64,000 bases of DNA from Candidatus Spongiisociaceae bacterium (GCA_965202665.1 OZ241841.1:832001-896000), one strand, 5' to 3'; counted from the stretch's first letter, positions 30,026 through 40,209 are shown. Program-made: numbers and translations. Notes: a model not told the origin generated them from the letters alone.

Positions 30026-30984
30026 GACGGCCTTTCCTTTTTACGCGCACCCGGCTTCCGCGGCAAACGGCCCGTCCCGCCGCCCGGACGCGGGCGCGCC
30101 TCCCGATAAGGGGCCTGGCGGCGTTGGCGGGAACGGCGGCGGTGATCCTGGCCCTGCCCGCCCCGCAGCTGGAGGCGGCCGGCGAATGGGGCGCCGTCGC
30201 CTGCGAAATGGTGGACGGGGCGCAGGTGTGCCGCCGTTGCGAATACGTCAACTACGCCTTGGAATGCGTCATAGAAGGAAAATACCGCCCCTCCCCCCGC
30301 CTCTATTGGACCTCCTGGAAGGCGATCGGGCCGTGCGACGGGTCGGTCTGGGACTCGCACGATGTCATCTCCGGGGTTCTTTTCAAGCGCAGCCTGTACC
30401 GGGAGAAAAACGGCCGTCGGGAGTTCATCCGCTCGCAAAACGAATGCGTGGACGACGGCGGACAGCGGGCGTGGGAGGAACTGGAACGCCGCATCGCCCA
30501 ACTGCCCGCCCCCAGTTTCGACCGCTCCCCGCGCCAGGTGGGGGTGACCGGATTGGAAACCAGGCTTTGGTACGAACCGCCCGCCCGCATCGCCCCCGTC
30601 ACCGCCCGCATCCGACGGCCCAACGGCCTCAGTTACCGGGTGCAAGGGCGGTCTTGGATACGCACCCTCACCTGGGATATGGGGGAAGGGGAGGTCACCG
30701 AACGGATCATCTCCTATCCGGACTCCGGCGAAGGGGGCTACGGATCGTCGGGGCGGTGGCTGGCCGGCCACACCTACCGAACCACCGCCCGCCGGGCCGG
30801 ACACGCCGCCGGCGAATACCCGATCCGGGTGACCGCCACCTGGGCCGGACAGTACCGGGCCGACATGGGCCACGGATGGAGCGCCTGGCTGCCCATCCCC
30901 GAAACCTTGCGAGTGAGCCGCTCCTTCACCTACCGGGTGCGGGAAATCACCTCGGTTCTCGGGCCGGTGGAAAGTAAAAAATGA
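30022..30984 (+). CDS. Secreted Cys-rich Tad-associated protein with PKD-like C-terminus
   Basis: Signal-like segment; GVTGLETRLW, WDMGEG, HTYRT, VTATWAG. Confidence 0.65.
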   Translation: MRRPFLFTRTRLPRQTARPAARTRARLPIRGLAALAGTAAVILALPAPQLEAAGEWGAVACEMVDGAQVCRRCEYVNYALECVIEGKYRPSPRLYWTSWKAIGPCDGSVWDSHDVISGVLFKRSLYREKNGRREFIRSQNECVDDGGQRAWEELERRIAQLPAPSFDRSPRQVGVTGLETRLWYEPPARIAPVTARIRRPNGLSYRVQGRSWIRTLTWDMGEGEVTERIISYPDSGEGGYGSSGRWLAGHTYRTTARRAGHAAGEYPIRVTATWAGQYRADMGHGWSAWLPIPETLRVSRSFTYRVREITSVLGPVESKK

Positions 30985-31436
30985 ACAGCGTTATTCTGCT
31001 AGTGCGTTCCCTGCGGAAACTGGTCACGACTGAACGCGGGGCAATGGCGATCTGGGCAATGGGACTTTTGCTCCTGTTGTTCTTCGCCGGAGGCATGGCT
31101 CTGGATCTGTGGCGGGTGCTGTCCCGGCACGGAACGGCGGCCGCCATCGCCGACAAAGCGGCGGCGGCCGGAGCGGGCGAATTGGATGAAGACGCCATGC
31201 GGGCGGGCGAACTCCGCTTAGCGGGCGGGGAGGCCGAACAGGCCGCCCAAAACTTCGCCCGCAGCCAACCGGCGTGGAACCCGGACTCTATGTCCGTGCG
31301 CGCCCAATCCTCCGTTGCCGCGATCGAGGTGATCGTGAGCGACCAAGTGGAGTTGACGTTGCTGGCGATGTTCGCGCCTCCCCAAGGCGTAACGGTGCAA
31401 GCAGCGGCCACCGCCTATCCCCGGTGGGCGGGGTGA
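30981..31436 (+). CDS. TadG-like pseudopilin
   Basis: ERG|AMAIW..LLLL..GMALDLWR..ADKAAAAGA. Confidence 0.8.
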   Translation: MNSVILLVRSLRKLVTTERGAMAIWAMGLLLLLFFAGGMALDLWRVLSRHGTAAAIADKAAAAGAGELDEDAMRAGELRLAGGEAEQAAQNFARSQPAWNPDSMSVRAQSSVAAIEVIVSDQVELTLLAMFAPPQGVTVQAAATAYPRWAG

Positions 31437-31481
31437 TCAGCGATGCGGAACGCGCCTAAGGAAGCGACGCGGAGGTCACTC

Positions 31482-32543
31482 ATGAACAACATTTTCACCT
31501 TGCCCCGGCTGGCGATCGGCGTGATGCTGACGTTGGCGATAACGGCGGCCGCCTGCGGCGGCGCGGGGGAACAGGCGGTCCCGCCCCTGACCACCGAGGT
31601 CCCGGATGCGGCCCCGGCCGCCACCGAGCCGCCCCCCGCCGCGACGACCACTCAAGCGGCGGATGAACCGGAGACGGCGGCCCTGCAACCCGTCAGCCCG
31701 GACACCACCTGGGTAACCACCACCGAGGCGACCACCACTACGGCCGCGCCCGCTACCACCGCGGCAACCGCCGCCACTAGCCCGGCGACGACCACCACCG
31801 AGAAACCCGCTCCAACAACAACAGAAGCGCCCGCCGCCACCAAGAGCGCAACCACTACCACGGAAATAACTACCACCACCAAGGCCGCAACCACCACCAC
31901 GGAGGCGACGACCACGACCGTTGCAACCACCACAACGGAACCACCCGCCACCACCGAAGCACCAACGACAACCACCTCCCCGCCAACCACCGCCGCCAAC
32001 GCCGGACCGGTCATCTCCATCCCCCAACCAGGCGACGACGTACCCGCTATCAATAGCTTCGGAAAACGGGTGGACTTCTCGGCTTTTCCCGAGGTGACCA
32101 ACATTATCCCCTGGGAAATCTGGAATTCTGAAGATATAGAAAATATGCCCGAATGGACCTTTATGACCTTTACTCCCGGACCCAGCCGTAAGCGTTCAAC
32201 AATGGGGATAATGCTCGGTGCTTGGTCCAAGCCAATGTCACTCCAGGTAGGAACCGCTATTTACGGATCCCCGGAACTAGTAATAGGCTATCCTACACCT
32301 CCCGGAGTTTTAGAAGTTTTTGTAGTGAAGAGCATAACTCCCTTCCCAGATTATATAGATGATGCCTACAGATTAAATAACAAAACCATTTACCAAGTGA
32401 GGGTTTGCGGTGTTACCCCGGAAACCATCAGTTGGGGAATTGAGTGGGGACGACACGCCTACTTGGGAGAAGACGGTTTATATCGTCTCATAGGCAGTGA
32501 TACCTATGGTGAAGATGGATTCTGCAATGGCAAACTTCATTAG
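31482..32543 (+). CDS. Thr-rich stalked lipoprotein with low-GC C-terminal domain
   Basis: RBS GGAGG, lipobox TAAAC, long T/A/P linker, globular tail with a Cys pair. Confidence 0.8.
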   Translation: MNNIFTLPRLAIGVMLTLAITAAACGGAGEQAVPPLTTEVPDAAPAATEPPPAATTTQAADEPETAALQPVSPDTTWVTTTEATTTTAAPATTAATAATSPATTTTEKPAPTTTEAPAATKSATTTTEITTTTKAATTTTEATTTTVATTTTEPPATTEAPTTTTSPPTTAANAGPVISIPQPGDDVPAINSFGKRVDFSAFPEVTNIIPWEIWNSEDIENMPEWTFMTFTPGPSRKRSTMGIMLGAWSKPMSLQVGTAIYGSPELVIGYPTPPGVLEVFVVKSITPFPDYIDDAYRLNNKTIYQVRVCGVTPETISWGIEWGRHAYLGEDGLYRLIGSDTYGEDGFCNGKLH

Positions 32544-34343
32544 CTACCTCCTCCGCTACACCCTGCCCATTATAGCTCTCAGCGGGCTGACGTTGGTCCT
32601 GATAAATGGTGATGCCAGTGCTGATCTGACCGGTAGCGACCACCGTCATTCGGGTACCTGGCGCAAAGAGATATCCCACGCTAATTGGTGGAGGCCCCTT
32701 GGTGGAGGGTCCTCCGTCATTACCGACTGCCAAGGGACAACACATTGCGGCACCCACACCAAGCGCGGTTACAGATGGCTCAAGCACAACACAACAGTCA
32801 CTTGGCTGTGCTCCTATGGCGGAAAGGCGTGGAAGACCTATCACAACAGTGATTATGACGGGCCGTCGTCACCGCCGAGCGACGCGCAGGGAACCCGGGT
32901 ATGCCGAAGCCAGTTGCATGTCGCCACCACCACTACCACCCGACCGGCGCCTACGACCACGACGACTACAACCGTTCGCGCAGACGAGCCCCCGCCTACG
33001 CCGTCACCGCCCACTACGCCGCCTCCAAGTCGGCCGCGTCCCGCTCCTACTACGACCACCACCACGTTGCCGCCCATTCCAGAGGGCTGGAATGCCCGAT
33101 GCGGTCCGTTCGTTTACAGAAAGAACAAGGCTATCACCGAAACGGAACTGCCGTCCTACGGTTCGGGGTCGCACTACCTGTCGGGCCGACTGCCGCCCGG
33201 CATTTCCTGGCGCGCGGTGCGGATCGACCCGCAGGATCGCAGCTGGCGGCTAGTGAGAATCAAAGGCAAGCCCACCCGGACCGGGACTTGGACTGTTCGT
33301 CTACGCACCGCCGTTCCGGGTCCCGACCCTTCCATCAACTGCACCTTCCAGGTGGTAGACCCCTCCTGGAGAGGCGGTTGCTCTTTCTACCTGCGCCAAG
33401 GGCAATACGCCAATCTCAGGTTGCCGTATTACGGGCCGGGCAGCTTCACCTACCGGTGGGGAAGCGGGCAAATTCCGCCCGGTATGAACAGGATCGGAAT
33501 GACGGTGAGCGGCCACCCGCAGAGGGCCGGGCGTTTCTCCGGTCTTTGGCAAGCATTCGCCCGCGGCAATTCCCGGTACCCCTTCAGCTTCATCCGCTGT
33601 TCGTTCCGAGTGGCCAGCGCGCCGCCCACCACAACCACCACCACGACTTCCACCACAACGACCACCACCAAACCGCCGGTGTCCTGCTCCTGGCGGGTGA
33701 ACAGGTCGGCGGTAAATACGGTCAAAACCAAAATCGGATGGGAAACCCACATCCCCCTGTCCGCGGCGGGCCGGGCCGACCCTCCCCACCCGGACATTCC
33801 CGGCGGACGGAAGTACCTGGTGGTTACCGGCGACTTCGGCGACGGGGTTTTCCCGGACGTGTGGCCGGTGTGGGACGCCGGCGCCGCTTTGAACGTGTCC
33901 GACACCGGCGGTTGCGCGTGGACGGCGCAATCCGTCGTAACCGGGTGCGGCAACTATTTATGTGGAACGAGGCGGACGCGGCGGTCATCAGGCGGGTTTC
34001 CCCGGTGACCGCGGAGCGGTGGGACCGAATGGACGCCGGTCAGCGTTCCCGCCTGCAAGGGCAAATCAGGCGGGAATGGCGGCGGTTGGACGACGAAGCG
34101 GGCCAGATCGACAAAGTGATTCTGGGGTCGTCCTGCCCGATCGCAACGTCCGCCGCCAACCGCTCCCGCCTGTGCCAATGGGGGCTGCCCCATCCCGGAG
34201 TGTACGAGTGGCGGGTGTCGGTGACCTATTCAACGGTGGAGGAAGCCACCGGCGACGCGTTGGAAAGCGAGCTGACGGTCGCCTCCGGCGCCGACCATTT
34301 CGTCCGATTGGTGGACCACGCGTCCTACCAGGGAAGAAGATGA
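32527..34343 (+). CDS. Large secreted adhesin-like protein, frameshifted near 33941
   Basis: Signal peptide, T/P linkers, Ig-like LPPGI/IPPGM..SG.P repeats; coding continues in another frame (RVRQLFMWNE...GVYEWRVSV) to 34343. Confidence 0.65.
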
Positions 34344-34354
34344 AGGAGAACCCG

Positions 34355-34963
34355 ATGAACAAACGAATCAGCCGGTCAACGACCAATCGGGGGTTGCGCC
34401 TGCGCCTTTTGGCGGCGGGGTTTTTGACCCTGGCGACGGCCGCCCTGATTCTGGCCTTCGGCCGCTCCTCGGCGGAACCGATGGCGACGGTGGCGGTCAC
34501 TTCCGAACTTTGGGAGGAGGGGGCCGCCGCCGGATACGCCGCCATGCAGGTGCCGCAGGGGCTGGCCTCGTTCTTCGTCTCCCCCGATCAACTGAACGGC
34601 CGGGTGGCGGCTATCGATCTGCAAGCGGGGGTGTTCCTGAGCGACTCCCTGTTGCGGGCCAAAGGCTCCGGCGAAAGCGAAGAACAGGCCCCCGAACCGC
34701 CCGGAACCACCCGGGTGCGGCTGAACATGGACATCGGGTTGTGGCCCCAGCCGGGACCCCGGGCGGGGGAGGCGGCGGTGGTGGCGGACGCTTGGGGAGG
34801 GTGCGGCCTGGCGGTGCTGGAACTGTTGGAAGTGGAACAGGGCGGGATGATGACGGTGCGGGTCACCCCCGAGTTGGCGGCCGCCCTGGCCTCCGCGCCG
34901 CGCCTTTTGGCTTGGCCCCCGGCCTCCGACGGATGGCCCCTGTGCGGGGCGGGGAGCGCCTGA
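34355..34963 (+). CDS. SAF-domain/RcpC(CpaB)-like protein
   Basis: RBS AAGGAG, N-terminal TM, GRVAAIDLQAGVFLSDSLL; directly upstream of the ATPase. Confidence 0.6.
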   Translation: MNKRISRSTTNRGLRLRLLAAGFLTLATAALILAFGRSSAEPMATVAVTSELWEEGAAAGYAAMQVPQGLASFFVSPDQLNGRVAAIDLQAGVFLSDSLLRAKGSGESEEQAPEPPGTTRVRLNMDIGLWPQPGPRAGEAAVVADAWGGCGLAVLELLEVEQGGMMTVRVTPELAAALASAPRLLAWPPASDGWPLCGAGSA

Positions 34964-36592
34964 ATGTTGCTGTGCGTCTCCGATCGGCATCTGCCCGCCG
35001 ACGCCGGGGAGTGGGTGATGGCCGCCCTGATGGAAGGGGTGACCGCCCGGGCGCCGGGAGTGGCCTTCATCAGGTCCTCCGATGAAACCGGGGTGCGCGG
35101 ATCGTCGGGATCGGTGCTGGCCCTGACCGACGACGAACCGACTGAACGTTTGCGGGCGGCGGCGGCCGGGGCGGCATGCGTGGTGCGTCTGACCGCCGGC
35201 GCAGGGGCCGGGGTGCGGGCCTGGCTGGGTTTGGACTCCGGCCGGGGATGGCGGGTGCCGGTAGCCGCGCTGATCGTCACCGACCAACCGCTGGCCGACC
35301 GGGCCGGGTTGCGGGAACGGACGGGAGCGCAACTGGTGCGGCGGATACCCACCGTCCCCGACCGTCGGACTTTGCGGGGACTGCGCCGGGTGGGCCGGTG
35401 GGCCTCATCGGCCGCCTCCGCCCCCCGCCGCTTCGACAGCGCCGACCGGCAAACCCGCCGGGGAGCGGCGGTGATCCAAGCCGAAGAAAAACTGAAAAAC
35501 CTGCTGGCCGAACCCGGGGTGGAGGAGTTTCAGATCCGGGGCGGCGAGTCCATGACCGTGCAGTTGGCGGGCGGCCTGATGGAAACGCGGGAGTCGCCTT
35601 TCCGCTCCGAACGGGAACTGATCGAAGCGGTTCGCTTCCTGGCCACGTTCAACGCCGGGGAGCGGCCGCAACGGTTCGATCCGATGAACCCGCGGCTGGA
35701 CATCCGAGTGGGGGACCATTGGCGGTTGCATGCCGAAGGGTTCGTAGTGCAACCGGCCCATCTGGTGTTGCGCTCCAACATGGCGGGGAGGATGAGCCTG
35801 GCCGACCTGGGTTTGGCCGAAGATCGCCTCAACCGAATTTTGCTGGAAGCGGTGACCGGCCGGGTACGGGCCAACGTAGTGATCGCGGCCGCTATGGGAG
35901 GCGGCAAAACCACCCTCTGCCAGGCTTTGCTGGCCCACCTTCCCGACGACGAACGGGTGGACACCATTGAAGATACGCCGGAGTTGCGGTTGGCGGAATA
36001 CGGCATTCACCGCTCCGCCTACGAACGTCTGACCCGCGACCCGAACGCGGACGGGGTGGGCAAGCACAGCATGGCCGACCACATCCGGGACGCCAAGCGG
36101 GCCAACAGCAGCAAACTGGTGGTGGGAGAAGTGCGGGGGGAGGGCACCCTGGCCCTGCTGGACGCCATGTCGTCGGGGATGAGCGGCTGCCTGGCCACCC
36201 TCCATTCCCAGCCGGGGGCGGGGGTTTTGGAGAAACTGGTGGCTTACGCCTGCTCGGAGGGGGCGGAACCGGATTACGCCCGCCGTCAGATCGCCTCCGG
36301 GGTGCATCTGCTGGTGTGGCTGGGCCGCAACGACTTGGGGGAGCGGGTGATAGCAGATGTGACGGAACTGACAGGCATCGACTGGGAAACCGGTCAAATA
36401 GAAACCCGGTGCCTGTGGCAGTTGCGACCGGGCGACCTGTGGGCCAAACCGGCGTCGATTCCCAACGGCCGGATCGGCCGCCTCTACCGGTCGGCGGGAG
36501 TGGAAGTGCCGGACGCGCGAACCCTTCCCTCCACCGCCCCGCGCATAGTGGACAACCGGTTGGAACCGGTCGGCGCCGAGGAGCGGACATGA
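34964..36592 (+). CDS. tadA: Tad pilus assembly ATPase (TadA/CpaF) with N-terminal extension
   Basis: AMGGGKTT Walker A, TIEDTPEL, LVVGEVRG Walker B, LATLHS. Confidence 0.9.
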   Translation: MLLCVSDRHLPADAGEWVMAALMEGVTARAPGVAFIRSSDETGVRGSSGSVLALTDDEPTERLRAAAAGAACVVRLTAGAGAGVRAWLGLDSGRGWRVPVAALIVTDQPLADRAGLRERTGAQLVRRIPTVPDRRTLRGLRRVGRWASSAASAPRRFDSADRQTRRGAAVIQAEEKLKNLLAEPGVEEFQIRGGESMTVQLAGGLMETRESPFRSERELIEAVRFLATFNAGERPQRFDPMNPRLDIRVGDHWRLHAEGFVVQPAHLVLRSNMAGRMSLADLGLAEDRLNRILLEAVTGRVRANVVIAAAMGGGKTTLCQALLAHLPDDERVDTIEDTPELRLAEYGIHRSAYERLTRDPNADGVGKHSMADHIRDAKRANSSKLVVGEVRGEGTLALLDAMSSGMSGCLATLHSQPGAGVLEKLVAYACSEGAEPDYARRQIASGVHLLVWLGRNDLGERVIADVTELTGIDWETGQIETRCLWQLRPGDLWAKPASIPNGRIGRLYRSAGVEVPDARTLPSTAPRIVDNRLEPVGAEERT

Positions 36593-37386
36593 ACCACACC
36601 GGCTGGATGCTGGCCGCCGCCGGGTCCTTGGGCTTGATAGCGACCCTGTGGCCCGTCAATCCGGGCGGGAGCGCCTGGTTCGCCGCCTACCGCCGTCCGA
36701 TGCGGTCGGAACTGCGGTGGGTGGCCCTCCCCTCGCTGGCGGCCGGAGTAGCCGCAACCTGGCCGGCGGGGATTCTGACCGGCCTTTCCACCGCGCTGTT
36801 AGTAGGAGTGTGCGCCGCCACCGGGCGGGTGATGGCGGCCAGCCGCCGGGCGGTGCGCCGCACCGAAGCGATGTCCCGCTTGACGGCGGTGCTGGCCAAC
36901 CAAGCCACGGTGTCTTCCACGGTGATGGAAGCCCTGTCCCGATCGGCTCCGCTGATCACCGGCCCGGTGGGACAGGCGGCCGCCCGCTTGGCCGAAGAAT
37001 GCGCCGCCGGGAATGTGCAAGCCGCCGCCGACGCCTTCGTGCGAGCGGTGCCCGCCGCCCCCGCCGAATGGCTGGCCGACATCGTTTCCATCACCGCCGC
37101 GGGCGGCGGACGGGTGGGGGATGCGCTGTCGGCCCTGGAAACCCGCACCGGGGAACATGCGGCTACCGTGCGCCTGTTCCACGCCAAAGTGGCGGTCCTG
37201 CTCCCGCAACTGATAGCGGTGGTGGCGTTGGGAGCGGGGATGGTGGCCGCGGTGGCGGCAGCCGCGGCCGATGTGGCCTCCTGGCTGGCCGGCCCGCAAG
37301 GTCAAATAGTCACCCTGCTGACGGCGGGGCTGACCGCGTTGCTGTCCATCCGCATCCTCCTGCCCGCTTGGAACGGGGTCCGCTGA
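36589..37386 (+). CDS. TadB-like platform protein
   Basis: TM segments, GGRVGDALSAL, position after the ATPase. Confidence 0.7.
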   Translation: MNHTGWMLAAAGSLGLIATLWPVNPGGSAWFAAYRRPMRSELRWVALPSLAAGVAATWPAGILTGLSTALLVGVCAATGRVMAASRRAVRRTEAMSRLTAVLANQATVSSTVMEALSRSAPLITGPVGQAAARLAEECAAGNVQAAADAFVRAVPAAPAEWLADIVSITAAGGGRVGDALSALETRTGEHAATVRLFHAKVAVLLPQLIAVVALGAGMVAAVAAAAADVASWLAGPQGQIVTLLTAGLTALLSIRILLPAWNGVR

Positions 37387-38114
37387 TGGCCCTTCTCTGG
37401 GCGGCCGTCGCCTCCGCCACCGCAGCCGCGGTGTTGTTGATCCTGCGCGATCCCCGCCCCGACCCGCACGCCGAGGAACTTACCGCCTTGGGATGGTCCC
37501 CTTTCACCATCCGCATCATCTCCGGAACGGCCGGCCTGCTGTTGACCGCGGCGATCCTGATCGTCGGGTGGGCGACGGCCGGTTGGCGGACGGGGGCGGC
37601 CGTCGGGCTGGGAGTCGGAGCGTGGCTGCCCCGCCTCCTGCCGTTGCTTCTGCGCTCGGCGGCCCTGGCCGGCTACCGAACCGGCCGGGACCGGGCCCTT
37701 TTGACATGGTTGCAACGGGTGCGCCTCTATTCGGCGGTGGGGACGCCGCTGGCCGCGGCCGCGGTGGAAGCCGCCGAGCAGGTGCCCGACCGGGCGTTCG
37801 CCTCGGTGGCCGCCGGCATAGACGCCGCCTTGGAAGAGGGCCGGGATCCGATCGCGGCCGCCGCCCGCCAAGTGGCCGGTTCTTCAGCGGAGACCCTGCT
37901 GGCCACCATCACCACCGTGGAACGATCCGGGGCGGGCAGCGCCGAACTGATCGACCGGATCGTGGACCGGGCCATCGGAAGCCTCACCGCCGTCCGCCGT
38001 GAAAACATCGAACGGCAAAGCCGTTCCCTGATTACCGCCACCACCCTCATCGCCCTGCTCAGCGGCCTGCTGATCATGGCGGCGGTGGCCTTTACCTTGC
38101 CGGGTCTGACATGA
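37386..38114 (+). CDS. TadC-like platform protein
   Basis: TM segments, LYSAVGTPLAAA, VERSGAG, position in locus. Confidence 0.7.
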   Translation: MALLWAAVASATAAAVLLILRDPRPDPHAEELTALGWSPFTIRIISGTAGLLLTAAILIVGWATAGWRTGAAVGLGVGAWLPRLLPLLLRSAALAGYRTGRDRALLTWLQRVRLYSAVGTPLAAAAVEAAEQVPDRAFASVAAGIDAALEEGRDPIAAAARQVAGSSAETLLATITTVERSGAGSAELIDRIVDRAIGSLTAVRRENIERQSRSLITATTLIALLSGLLIMAAVAFTLPGLT

Positions 38115-38163
38115 ACCCGGTGCGAGTTCTTCCCCGTAAGCAAGCAACGAGAAAGGAGATTCG

Positions 38164-38403
38164 ATGGAATCCCCGGTAGTTCGGATCATGCTGATCGCGG
38201 CGGCGGTGGCCGCCGCCGCGGCGGTAGTGGCCATCATGTGGACGATGCTGAACACCAACGCCCCGGACACGGGGCCTGGTCAGATCGACTACGGCCGCGT
38301 CACCACCGAGCAGCTGTGCAAGGCGGTGGACGGAACGTGGACCGCCGCTTCCAAAAGCTGCGCGGCCCAAACGACCACCACCACCTTGGCGCCCGGCAAC
38401 TGA
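38164..38403 (+). CDS. Putative Flp-like major pilin
   Basis: RBS GAAAGGAG, 79 aa, hydrophobic N-helix, C-x11-C loop. Confidence 0.55.
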   Translation: MESPVVRIMLIAAAVAAAAAVVAIMWTMLNTNAPDTGPGQIDYGRVTTEQLCKAVDGTWTAASKSCAAQTTTTTLAPGN

Positions 38404-38448
38404 GAAGAAAGGAGGCTACGGGAACCAAAACGGGTTCCGGGAAACCTG

Positions 38449-38856
38449 ATGGAAGCGGCGCTGGCGGTTCTGAAAACGGCGGGGATGACGGCGATGATCG
38501 TCGGCCTGATGTTCACCTTGTTCGTGAAGCACACGGCCCGCATCGCCGCCGCCTCCGCCGCCGACCGTGCCGCCGCGGCCGCTTCCGACCGGTTGGGCTC
38601 CGACTGGGACTGTCGGGAAACGGGCCCCGCCTGGGAGGAGGCGCAACAGCTGGCCGCCCGGGCCGTTGTAGACAGCGTGACCGGGCTGGGTTCGGTGATC
38701 CCCGTCGGAGTGCGGGTCACCGCCTCCCCATCGTGCGTGGTGACGGTGACGGTCACCGCCGCCGCGCTGGGGGTCCGCTCCTGGCTGGGGGCGCAAGCGG
38801 TGCGGTGCTCCCCCGCTCCGTCGGCGGCGGAGATTCCCCTACGGCAACTATGTTGA
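38449..38856 (+). CDS. TadE-like protein
   Basis: N-terminal hydrophobic helix, AAASAADRAAAAA; start uncertain. Confidence 0.55.
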   Translation: MEAALAVLKTAGMTAMIVGLMFTLFVKHTARIAAASAADRAAAAASDRLGSDWDCRETGPAWEEAQQLAARAVVDSVTGLGSVIPVGVRVTASPSCVVTVTVTAAALGVRSWLGAQAVRCSPAPSAAEIPLRQLC

Positions 38857-38871
38857 AAGGAGGGTTGCGGA

Positions 38872-39360
38872 ATGGATGAAGCGATCGCCTTGCTGTTCCT
38901 GGCCCCGGTGCTGATTTTCGGCCTGTGGCTGGCTGATTTCACCGGACGTTCCGCTATGGCGGACGGACGGGCGCAACTGGCGGCCTTCGCCGCGGCCGCA
39001 GCCGCCGCCGAGAAGATGGACCGCGCCGGGAACGCGCAGCACCACATAAACAACGCCACCCGCGACGCCCGCGATACGGCTGTCACCGCCATGTTGGGCG
39101 CCTGCCGGGAAATCGGCCGCGGTTTGGCAACCGTAATGTTCGTGGATGAGGAGGGCGCGGCATGGACTTGGAGAACCTGGCGGCAGTCGCCCGCCGGAAC
39201 CGTTCTGAACGAGGTGCGGGTCAAGGTGAAATGCCTCATCGCCCCCTCCCCTTTCTTCAACCGGCTGCGAACCGGCGAGGCGGCGGTGTTGATTCGCCGC
39301 CCCGACTCCCCGACGCCGGTTCCGACCGGCAAACGCCCGCTGGGAACGAGCGGCGGATGA
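38872..39360 (+). CDS. TadE-like protein
   Basis: RBS AAGGAGG, EAIALLFLAPVLI..GR...RAQLAAFAAA. Confidence 0.6.
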   Translation: MDEAIALLFLAPVLIFGLWLADFTGRSAMADGRAQLAAFAAAAAAAEKMDRAGNAQHHINNATRDARDTAVTAMLGACREIGRGLATVMFVDEEGAAWTWRTWRQSPAGTVLNEVRVKVKCLIAPSPFFNRLRTGEAAVLIRRPDSPTPVPTGKRPLGTSGG

Positions 39361-39698
39361 CCGCCCCCCTGCTGGCCCTGGCTTTGGCGGCGACGATGTC
39401 CCTGATGATGATGACCCTCAACGATCACGCCCGTTCGGTCAACCACCAAGAATTGGCCTACGCGGCCGCGCAAGCCCAAACCGAGCATCTGATGGCCGAC
39501 TGCGCAACGGGCGACTGCGCCCTCCCCGCCGGCACGCAAGCCTGCAAAATCGGAGATTCCACCCTGCAGGTAACCGCGGAACTGCCCTGGAAACCCCGCA
39601 TATGGTCCGGCCTGACCCCCGCCGTCGGCCGCTACCTAATCCACCTGGAGGTGGCAACCAACCCCCTGCTGAAAACGCTAACCCCCTGCCCAACCTGA
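39357..39698 (+). CDS. Pseudopilin-like small protein
   Basis: ATGA overlap, hydrophobic N-terminus, LAYAAAQA, several Cys. Confidence 0.55.
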   Translation: MTAPLLALALAATMSLMMMTLNDHARSVNHQELAYAAAQAQTEHLMADCATGDCALPAGTQACKIGDSTLQVTAELPWKPRIWSGLTPAVGRYLIHLEVATNPLLKTLTPCPT

Positions 39699-39708
39699 CC
39701 AAACCCGG

Positions 39709-40209
39709 CTAGCGAAACTTCCAGCCGGTTCTAAACTCATCGGCGTACTTCCTGATCGGAAAAAACCTAGCCGAATTGGTGAAAGCGTTTGATGTGAAAT
39801 AAGCCTTGGGGAAACCCTCCGGCAACCATTTCACGCGTCGGCGATGCCGGTAGCAACAGTCAACGTAAAAATAATCGCTGATGACCTGTCCGATGTAGAC
39901 TTTCTCGTCCATCTGATCCGGATAAACCATCAAATCCCCACGCTCAATTTTATTAACAAACGTATGCAGGTGCTCGACATAGATACCCACCTGTATGGCG
40001 TTTATATCAGGATTTAGGGGCTGATAAAGGGCCTTGTACATCTCCCGGGTCTGCGGCAGTTGCGACAAATCGGGCATGCAGTCTTCATCAATAGCCGCCA
40101 CTTGCTCATCTAGGAAAAGACGGCGCCCCAGTTGCGGCCGCGTTCCCCCGCGAATGCCCCATACCTGAGTTTCTTGCACGGCCAACCGGCCTCCTCTCGT
40201 TGCACCCAT
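39709..40209 (-). CDS. Stand-alone N-terminal (EVE/PUA-like) domain of Mrr-type restriction proteins
   Basis: WGIRGG, PDLSQL, FVNKIERGDLMVYP, YIGQVISDY, RRRVKWL; AT-richer than flanks. Confidence 0.65.
   Translation of the reverse strand: MGATRGGRLAVQETQVWGIRGGTRPQLGRRLFLDEQVAAIDEDCMPDLSQLPQTREMYKALYQPLNPDINAIQVGIYVEHLHTFVNKIERGDLMVYPDQMDEKVYIGQVISDYFYVDCCYRHRRRVKWLPEGFPKAYFTSNAFTNSARFFPIRKYADEFRTGWKFR

Noticed and set aside
31600-32000. ACC/ACG triplet runs as a DNA-level repeat element
   Set aside because: Explained by a Thr-rich protein linker
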